DNA of 63,815 nt, counting the filler, from Reticulomyxa filosa (Eukaryota > Protista > Foraminifera): assembly GCA_000512085.1 (NCBI GenBank). It is 17 parts of 17 records of this genome, joined end to end, with 100 filler letters (N's around TTAATTAATTAA, not from the genome) between each part and the next. Parts side by side here need not be neighbours in the genome. Positions count along the whole stretch, not along the records: positions 54,223 to 58,185 come from ASPP01028363.1; positions 58,286 to 62,715 come from ASPP01019680.1; positions 62,816 to 63,815 come from ASPP01041505.1; 14 more parts are not named here. One strand, given 5' to 3'. The position numbers and the translations under genes are program-made. The notes below the pieces were generated by a model. It saw only the letters and a list, made by a program, of their open reading frames with translations. It was not told where the DNA came from and searched no databases. Shown here one piece after another: positions 54,290-63,815 of the stretch. Every line of letters starts with the position of its first letter. The stretch's first letter is position 1.

Positions 54290-57200
54290 GGTATTGCGGC
54301 GAACTACATGGCCCTGTCTGCTGCAATAACGAGTTTCTTTTTAGGCATGAGTGCATTTGCTTGGGGAGACCCCAGTGCCAGTCCTGCGTTAAACGTAAAG
54401 CAGAAGCTGGCCACTGGGTGTGGTGTTTATTGCTTTTTCCTTGGTATGTTGATTATCTTTTTTTAAAAAAAAAAAAAAGTAGATGGGAGAAAGGGAGTGG
54501 AGAGAGGGGGGGGAAGGGTTTATGGTAAAGTAAGGAAACGGGGTAAAGAAAAAATACAACTAAGCAAAAATTCAGTGATCATAAAAAAAAGTTTAAAAAA
54601 AATGGAAAGGGTAATGAATCTATACACGTATAATTTTTAATATCCTTTTGTTGTTGTGTATGTTTGCAGCACCTGCAATGTATGCTTTTCAGTACAAGTA
54701 TGGGGAACGACGAGCGAAAGGAGGCTTGCCGTTGCGTGGACTGTTGTATTTGGCAGTTGGCATTTTCCCCTATTTCACACTCGTTACGGCTTTGGCTGGT
54801 GGAATGTGGACCATCACTGCTATTTTTGACATTTTGGCTTGGAGCGTTGAGAACAATATTACCTTTTTTCCCCCCCCCCCTTAAAAAGCTAAAATGGAGA
54901 GGGAGAAAAAAAAAAAGGCTGAAAAGTACAATGAAAAAACAAACCGAGGGTGTATGGGGAAAAAAAAAAACTTGTGGAACAATTTAGAAAAAAGAAGAAT
55001 ACGAACCAGAAGCAAAAAAAGAACCTTCTGAAGGTTGGAAAGTGAAGTTGGAAAAGTATACCACGTGTAGTTATTACGTGAACTGGCTAAAAGATTGGTG
55101 GGAAGAGCTTCGAAAACAATCAAAGGTGCGAAAATACGCGTTTTTAGGTGCTTATCTGCTGTTTAATCTCATATACGTAAGCGAACGCTGTGCGTACTAT
55201 CAAACCGTGGTTTCCACTGGAAATGCGGCTGGTTCAGATTACAGCTCAAAGTTGCACAGCAAAGATACCAAAGTTTCCAATTCATTGACAGCTATGCAAA
55301 AAACACTAGCTCAATTGTACGACAAAAATGGTGGACGACTTTATGGATCTTGGTTCCCTGTGGCCAAAATGTTTGGAAACTTGTGCGACATCAACTGTGC
55401 CTTCATCGTTTTACCTGTGTGTAGGTGAGCAACATAACAATAACAATAATTAAATACTCGTTGAAGAAACTTGGAAACTTTTACTAATGTTTTATTTTTC
55501 CTTCAATCTAATTTTTTTAAAAAAATTTTGTCATTGGTTGAAAACGGACAGGTCGTTTATTGCCTCGCTGTACAACATTTCAACAGATCAAAGGGCCACG
55601 TCACGTGCAGCTCGTTTTTGTTTGAGCTTTGTGCCATTGGATAAGGCCATTCAATTCCATAAAGTATGTGCGTTTTTATCCGCATTAGGTGGAATATTGC
55701 ACACGTGGGCACATTATAACCATTATGCACAAGTTCCAGCGACGTATGATGCGGTGTATGGAGCGACAGTTTGGGTTAGTGGTGTCATCATCATTGTAGC
55801 CATGCAACTTTTGTACAGTACGTCGTTTGAAGCTGTCAGACGTGGCAAATTTGAACTGTTTTGGTATACACATCATCTGTTTGTAATATTTTTCTTGGCC
55901 TTATTGTTCCATGGCCACAAGTCTTGGAATCCAAATTATTGGAAATGGTTTTTGGTCCCAGGATCTCTTTATTTGATTGAGCGTGTAACAAGAGAAGTAA
56001 AGGCGTCGAAACCCGTCGGATTGATTAGTGTCACGCACATGAACAACAAGAGTGCCAAAGTGTTTTGCTTGGAATTGGAAAAAACGGGGCCGATTCGAAG
56101 TCACCAAGAAGGTCAATACGTTTTCTTGAATTGTCCAATAATCACCAAATTTCAATGGCACCCGTTTACCATTTCCTCGCCACCAGAACAAAAGACCTTG
56201 ACATTGCATATTCGTAACATGGTACGTACGTATAAAGTGTTTATGTTTTTAGAAGAGGGGGGGATGAGGAGGAAGAAGGATGAGTGCAAAGAAATAATTG
56301 ACAGGATTGCTTTGTATCAAATATGAAATTAAACAAACAATACTGAAACACAATAACGAAAGGGAGAAGGTACATGGACGGGAAGATTACAAACATTTTT
56401 GCAAGCAATGTCCCCAAAAAAAGCTTATGATGAATTTTTCCATTGGGATGGTGTAAATAAAGTACCAAAAACGACTGGCCCTGATGGACGTAATTTACTC
56501 TGCATTGATGGACCAATGGCAGCCCCGACACAACACTTGGGAGAATATGGAACGGCTATGATTGTTGGTGCAGGTATTGGTGTCACTCCAGTGCGTGCAA
56601 CCTTGCAGTCAATTGTGTATTACCGCTTCAAACGTGGTATTGGCCATTCCTTCCCGGATCACGCCTATTGCGTTTGGATTGTGAACTGGGAACAACTTGC
56701 AGCATACCGCTTTATGGTTCGAGCATTGAAAGAGGCTGAAGATGAGTTGTACGATATGCGAAAAAAAAATCCAGAACAAATGAAAACCAAAGTCCTGCAA
56801 ATGCATATATTTGTTACCAGTGTACCCAAAAATGCAGCGTTTGACGCAAGTGAGTTGGAGAGTGAAGGAGATAAACAAAAAGATTTGGCAATATGGGGAC
56901 CGCATTACGATGATACTTTGCATGATGAAGCTCGTACGGTGTCAAGAGAAACAGCACCTTTCACCGAAATTGACATTTATCGTACATTATGTTGTCCTGA
57001 AAGTGAACCTGTCTCGATTGGTGACATTATCGTGCACAATGGACGACCAAAGTGGCCTGATTTGTTTGGACCGATCCAGCAACATCACAGCGGAGAAACA
57101 ATCGGAGTGATGTTTTGTGGCCCGGATGTCGTGGCACACGAACTTAAAGTTGGCAAAAAAAAACAAACTTTGTTATGTTTATATATATCACCCCCTATTA

Positions 57201-57299
57201 AAATTGTTGTCTTGTCTCTGTAAAATATAGAAACAATGCGGAAATTTCACTGATTTCTCCAGCAACACTACCTTTGTTTTGCATAAAGAAAACTTTTAA
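54290..57299 (+). CDS. NADPH oxidase (NOX/ferric reductase family), 5'-truncated, multi-exon
   Basis: Heme His pairs FHK...LHTWAH and THHLF...FHG, then QWHPFTISSP (FAD), IDGP, GAGIGVTP, GRPKW, GVMFCGP and terminal HKENF*. Confidence 0.95.
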
Positions 57300-58148
57300 G
57301 ATCTTGATTGCACAAAAATAATTGTCAACTTTAGAAGTTGAAGGGAAATGAAAATATTTGTGTTTTTGTGAATTTTTTTCATTTGTTTGGAAGTGATTGA
57401 CTCGTTTGTCGAATATGTAGTGATGATATTGATACTTGTCTTCACTTTTTTTTTTCTCATTTGAATTCAAAGATTAGTTTTTTTTATCATTTCCAAACAA
57501 AAATTATAACAATACGTCATTATAAAATTCTTTTTATTCATGTATTTTTATTTACATACCGCAAAGAGAAAAAACTGTTTGTTCACTTATCGAGCGTTGA
57601 AAATCACAAAAGTGAACGTCTATATTTGTTTATAATTTTTATTTTTACAATTCTAATTTTTTAAGTTCGAGTTCGAAAATATTTTTTTTAAGGGTTCTAA
57701 CTTTGTTTTCTTGTTACTTTTGTTTTGTTTACTTGTTTTATCACGAGTAAGTGAGAAAAATGTTAGTTAATTTTGTTTTTCTTTCCATACACTCGCACAA
57801 TTTGCAGCTAACTTTCGCTTTTTATGAAAGATAGCCCGAAAGTGTGCGAAAGATAAATTGCTTCGAGGTTTTCGCTCAACTCTGAAGCGTACATAAAATT
57901 GTGAAATTTTTTATTTAATTAAATTTTTGTGTTTGTGTGTTTATGATGGTCTTCTGTTCCTCAAATACAATCGCGTCAGACTTGTTCGGACATCTTACGT
58001 CTTCTAGGTTTTTTATGATGAACCTAACAAACTATTTTATTGTTGCGTTTTTTAAAATTTCATTGTCAAATTGGCTTTACTTTGCTATTTTTCATTTCAC
58101 ATATCTATTTTTATCCACCGACAATGCAGCTATTCTTTGACCATTCTC

Positions 58149-58179
<31 letters not shown>

Positions 58180-58285
58180 TTAACANNNNNNNNNNNNNNN
58201 NNNNNNNNNNNNNNNNNNNNNNNNNNNNNTTAATTAATTAANNNNNNNNNNNNNNNNNNNNNNNNNNNNNNNNNNNNNNNNNNNN

Positions 58286-58340
58286 ATCGATTCTCTTCAT
58301 ATAGTGCCTTTAGGTATGGCAGTTTTTTTGCAATCTACTG
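58286..58340 (-). mobile_element. Tc1-family right TIR fragment at contig start
   Basis: Reverse complement TA-CAGTAGATTGCAAAAAAACTG...TATGAAGA resembles the TIR at 51636. Confidence 0.65.
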
Positions 58341-58359
58341 TATAAATACTATAAATGCG

Positions 58360-58809
58360 ATACAAATGTTGAATGATCATTCAGGTGGTAGAAAGTGTTC
58401 AATTTTCGTCAGGTCGTCAAATGATCGCATCAACATCTGTGAATACGATCATTTTTTGGAATGTAAAAACAGGTGAAAGATTAAAAGAAATAAAAATAGA
58501 TTTTCTCCAGATGATCAACACATTGTTTCATCTTCATCAGATAACATAATTCGAATATGGAATGCTGCGTCAAGAAAAGGATTAAAACGATTAGAAGGAC
58601 ATTCAGATTCTGTTAACGATGTGAAATATTTTCCAGATGATCAAGCCATTTTACCTTGTTCAAGTGATGAAACTATTCGTCTGTGGGATGTAAAATCAGG
58701 TAATCAAAAACAAAAAATAGAAGTTAATGACACAGTGTCATTTGTAGATATTTTATCAGCTGAAAGTCAATTTGTTTCAGGCCCTTCTAACGGTGTGATT
58801 CAAACTTGA
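58360..58809 (+). pseudogene. WD40-repeat C-terminal remnant
   Basis: FSPDDQHIVSSSSDNIIRIWN, LEGHSDSVNDVKYFPD and SSDETIRLWDVKSG, frameshifted and directly next to a TIR. Confidence 0.75.
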
Positions 58810-59528
58810 GGACGTGACTAAAACTATCTTTAAGTTTTTATGCACATTTAATCAATATTTTTCATTTCAAGACAACAATGAAAGTATTATTTACTATCAT
58901 TTGAATTAAAATGTACTTTACAAAGTTTGTCTATCACACAACGCCCCCCCAATCTTTCAAGCAGATAAAATATTCAATAATAGGCTACTTTTCTCTTTTT
59001 TCTGAGAAGTCTTTGATTTGTTTCGTTTTCCCTTAGGCAAATGTATTCAAAAATGATTAGTTGTCAATCTTTCTTCATTTTTTTTGTCTTTTCTAAACAT
59101 ATATGTGTTTTCAAGCATAAAATATCAGTTCTTTAAAAAGAAATAAACTACGTCCAGGGCTATTTCTTTAAAAAAACAGGGAATTTTTTTGCTTTTTTAT
59201 CATTAGTGGTTATAGTTTGAAGAATAGGTGTTTTTGACCTTTCTTCTGCCAAAATGCATTTAGGTAAAAAGTTCATTTTTTTAAACATTTCCACTTTCAA
59301 AAAATAACACACAAACACAAGGTAACATTCGTGATTCTAGACATACTGAAGAAGGTGACGTAAGCGTAATAACAGAAAAAGAGCTCAAGAAAACCAGAGG
59401 AGGTAGAAAAGCTAACAATAAGAAAAAAGAGAAAATAAATAATTGCATTGGCGTGTCCCTTTTTTTTTCCTCCTGGAAAAAACCATTTCAAAGGAAATTA
59501 TGTGCATACAGTTTTTGGAGAAACGACA

Positions 59529-62500
59529 ATGCCGAGAAGATTTGGTATTGGCTATAATGAACACAATGATTATGCCTCATTAATGGAGATACAAAGAGAT
59601 CTATCCATCAAAGTTAAAAAAAAAAAAGTGTCAAAGAGAAAATGTAATTTTATTTATTTATTTATTTTTTTTGAAATACATATTTTGAAACTTAACACAT
59701 AATTTAATTAGACTGAAGATGTAATGCATAGAAATTCATTTTATTACATAAGTAACGAACATGTCAAAGTTGTAGGAGGTATGCAAAGTGAACCAGAATC
59801 AGGAAAGTACGAAACAGAAATGAAGGTTTTGATAAAATTATATGATGATGTAATGAAAGAAGAAGAACTGAAGAAATATCTTGATCAAAACAATGGCAAT
59901 GTATCAGCGGCGATCGAACAAATCACTACTATATTACTTAATCAGAAAGTTATTGCACTTTTATATAAAAAAACACAAATACATTTAGATATTATTTTTT
60001 TACATGGACAAAAAATAAACAGATTGTTGACCAAGACCCAGTCGAAGAGAAAAAAACTGAACAAGTTAAGACTATCGTTATTCGATTTCCTTTTTCTGAC
60101 ATTCTATTTTGATATATGTATATATGTGATGAGAGCGGACAGGAGTCAGAACAATTAAAAAAAGAAGATGAAAAAGTAGAAATTGGAGAAACGAAACCTG
60201 GAATTAATTTACAAGGCTATTGCACAAATATGGATTGTTTAGCTGCTAAAGCAAAGTTACCAGTATGGCTGAATCTTGGATTTTGTGATATTTCATTCAA
60301 CTCTGATAAGACAGCATATAGTTGTCCAGATTGTGGACAATCCACTGTTACATTAATTGTAAAGGTAATGGTTTTCAATTCAGAACATACAATCAGCTCA
60401 AGTGATAATTCGATCCCTGTGAAAGACAAGCACTATCAATGCTTTTATCCAATCAAATCAGGGCCATCTTATGAAGTAAGAGCCAAGAAAATAAGACAAC
60501 ATGCAAAAAGCTTGGAAGATTTAATTTCTCGAAGTGAGGATGCAATGACGAGTAATGAGATAATCAATCTGGTGGCGGAATTACAGAAATATCTGATAAC
60601 AGTAGTAAAACCACCCAAAGTAAAAAATACTGTAAGATTATTAGAAAAGATTCAATGTGATTATAATGGAGACTATAATCAAGTATTCGATATCGGAAGA
60701 TTTACAATTTTGTGTGATAATGCAACCAAGTTACAAACAGCAGTTGCCGTAATGAAGAAAGCAGAGAAATTTAATTTAATTGTATCCGAAGATAAAGATT
60801 TTTTTGAAAGACAATCAAAGACACATCATAGATTTCATAATATTAAATTGTATGTTCCAAAGTATGATGTGTATGTGGAGATGCAAGCAACATTGAAAAA
60901 TTTTACAACATTGGAAGGATACACAGTAATTGAGAACCCAAAATTAAGCCATTCGCTCTATGAACACACTCGAGCATGGAAGCCAAAGAGCGCAGAAGAA
61001 GAAGATTTAAAGCAAGCAAGTGACGACACTTTGACAAAAATTAATGACATCATTTGTGAGTGGATTGATGACAAAGGAATACAAAAAATAGCAAATCGTT
61101 ATAAATCGCATTTGGATATTGGTATATTGAAACCATCACAACTATCTAAAAATGGATTAGAAATTAATAATAATGTGTTATTGAAAATGACACAATTTGT
61201 ATATGAACAATTGTGTACATTTATGCCAGAGAAAATGAAGGGAAAAGCTATTTATGTGATCTTGTATGAGTACTATAAAAAATATATTATTGGAGATAAG
61301 AATCCAGCAAGTTGCGTTGATTTTGCATTACTATTGCAAGAGTCAAGGAAACAAGAAATGGAAGAAGATATTGCAATATCACAAGCATTGGAAACATACA
61401 TCCCATTACAAGCAAATACATATCCACAGGACGGTGACAATAATGAAAAAAATGATACATTTGATTGTCATCAACATGTCATTGCATTTTTAGAAGGAGA
61501 AGAAAAAAAAAGTGAACAACAACAAGGAAAAGTACTGATAATACAAGGAAAATCAGGATCAGGAAAAAGCATATTTTGTCGTCATTTAGAAGAAACATTA
61601 TGGAATAATTATAAAAATGATTCAAAACAGCCTGTTCCTGTTTATATCTCTTTTCCAAAAGTTTATAATTTAAAAAATGAAAAAGATATTATTTTACAAG
61701 CTTTACAAGGTAAAAATATTAGCAAAGAAAGTATGGATGCAATTCGTGAAAAAGTATCATTTGTATTTATTATGGATGGTTTTGACGAAATATTTGATAA
61801 ATATAGCCAAAGTGACAACAATAACAAATATTTCTGTGATCGTTTCCATTTAAATCAATGGAACGCAAAAGTAATCGTTACTTGTAGAAGTAAAGCATTG
61901 AGTGATGAAGATATTGAAACCACTTTAATTGGTGTGAATCAAAGTCAAGATAGAATAACATCAATGGTATATTTATGGCCATTTACAAAACAACAAATTC
62001 ATAATTACATTGAAAAATTTGCAACAATGAAATCCAAAAATAAGAATAATAATGATTGGACATCCAAAACTTATGAAGAAGCATTGAATAATTACTCAAA
62101 TTTACAGAAAATGATAGAAGAGCCGTTCCTTCTTCAACTTATTTTAACTGTATTACCATCATTAGTGAAACAATATGGTGCAGGAAGCAGAATTTCAAAA
62201 GCACAAGTGTATGAGGTATTCAATGATCAATGGATTGACATTCATAGTCAAAATATTATTTCTAAATTGGCAGAATTAAGGATTCAAATGAACATTGGCA
62301 AAATCAAAACTACATTGAGACAATACTGTCTTAATTTAGGATTTGATATGTTTTATCAAGGAAGCCAAGTTGCTGTTGAACTAGAATCTCAATATGAAAA
62401 TAATGACAGTGAAATTTGGAGTAAATTCGATCCAGAAATGGAGCATGATAATAAAAGTACCTTTTGGAAAAAATACTTTGGTAGCAATGTGGCTAAGAAT

Positions 62501-62715
62501 GTATCAAAAATAAATGACACTAGAATATCAGTTACAAAAGCACCGGATATGTGGGAAAAGTATTTCAATGGTGACAGTGTCGCAAAATATGTATTGAGAA
62601 GGGTTAGTGACAATAAATATCAATTTTTACATAAATCATGTCAGGAATATTATGCTGCACAAAAAATTATATTTGATATCATTTCATGGAAACCAAGTGT
62701 CGTTGATGTTAATAA
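59529..62715 (+). CDS. NACHT (STAND) NTPase with N-terminal UBA-like, Cys4 and RelA/SpoT-like domains; 3'-truncated
   Basis: Long open exon with Walker A GKSGSGKS (~61546), Walker B FIMDGFDE, KVIVTCR, PFLL and FLHKSCQEYYAA. Upstream are KVK...RLLEK...DYNGDY...DIGRFTI...HHRFHNIK...VEMQ. Short upstream exons start at MPRRFGIG. Confidence 0.88.
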
Positions 62716-63815
62716 NNNNNNNNNNNNNNNNNNNNNNNNNNNNNNNNNNNNNNNNNNNNTTAATTAATTAANNNNNNNNNNNNNNNNNNNNNNNNNNNNN
62801 NNNNNNNNNNNNNNNTTTGTTTGTGGCATTAATCTTAATTGAATAACTTTGAAATCAAATTACATTAATTTTGTGCTATCATAGTATAGTTTTTTTTGTT
62901 ACTCACAAAACTATGCTCCCGCATTTTGAGAAAAAAGGTTTTACGTATTTTTTTTTCGATTTTTGGTATCATAAAAATACTGGCATAAAGATTTGCATGG
63001 TCTTGCAAACAATATCTTCAAAGCCGACACAAAAGAAAATACTTCTGCCTGCAAAAGAATTAGTTTTTTGTGACATGACAAACATCTTTCACAATGTTGA
63101 TCTCTGTAGCATTAAAGTTACAGATCTTAGCAACAAGAAAGATGCTGATCTCAAAATAATCATGTATTTTTATGACACTAACTACTTTATCATATTATCT
63201 GCCCCCTTGTGAAAATTATTCAGTACTTTTCGTACAAAAAACTGGCCAGAAAAAAACAATGAAACTTAGTAGACAAGAGTAATATCCAAAAGGATCAAAA
63301 AACAATTGCATAAAGAAAAAAATACAATAAAAATGCCAGTTTACACATTAAGCAACAGTAGTGTATACACTTATGTTAATAAACAAGCAATCACAAAACG
63401 ATGTCATATCTGCACGCGAAGCAAAATTGACAGGAATAGTTGGAGAAAAGGGATCCAAAGGAACGAGGATGAGAAAAATAGTTGAGTGCATTCTGGATAA
63501 TTTCGGTGGGAGCCAAAGCCTTATGAATGGCAGGAGTCTCAGAACGGTCCTTACATCGAACAATACAATATTCCGCATTGATGATCGTGAATATACCAGT
63601 TTTGAAATGTTGTTGAATATCATCAAATGTGGAAATGCCAACTTCTGCTTTTTCGTCGTTTTTGTTTAACAACGAACCCTTAATTGCTTCAATTGTACTT
63701 TTTCGGGAACGAAGGACACTAAATACGAATTTCAATCAAAAGGTATTGTGCAATACATGTGCATAAATAATATTATTGACACATATATACATAGATGTAT
63801 ACATATATATACGTA

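Noticed and set aside
58360-58809. WD40 remnant as the sensor domain of the downstream NACHT gene
   Set aside because: It lies upstream, ends in its own stop and is frameshifted. At most it is the tail of a separate decayed gene.
44625-62715. Apparent 'defence island' of RING receptors, RNF213-like, NOX and NACHT genes
   Set aside because: They lie on four different contigs separated by spacers, so physical clustering cannot be claimed.
62816-63815. ORF 63361-63669
   Set aside because: Possibly an exon or pseudo-exon, but no motif was recognised.

Overview
This is not one locus. It is 17 short contigs of an AT-rich, intron-containing eukaryotic genome, joined by 16 artificial 100-bp spacers (44 N + TTAATTAATTAA + 44 N), so adjacency across a spacer means nothing. 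A highly divergent alpha-tubulin and the style of the WD40 repeats suggest a foraminiferan, possibly Reticulomyxa-like (inference). Recognisable genes, many cut by contig ends: SAM/coiled-coil/FN3/TLDc protein, alpha/beta hydrolase, SLC12 cation-chloride cotransporter, secreted GH78 rhamnosidase, BTB-BACK protein, HECT ligase, TM9SF, cathepsin D-like protease, SAPS/PP6R, WD40, PEX6-like ATPase, PP2A B56, MFS transporter and an NADPH oxidase. There are several pseudogenes (alpha-tubulin, small GTPase, Chorein-N/VPS13, RNF213-like) and a Tc1 transposon family with one full-length 1.6-kb copy and scattered TIRs. The best leads are: (1) an NLR-like NACHT protein whose N-terminus carries a UBA-like motif, a Cys4 module and a RelA/SpoT-type nucleotidyltransferase-like domain; (2) tandemly duplicated TPM-TM-RING receptor-like E3 ligases; (3) a degraded secreted protein with actinoporin-like motifs; (4) a NOX with an unusual N-terminal extension. 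All calls come from reading motifs by eye, with no database searches. Exon boundaries are approximate.
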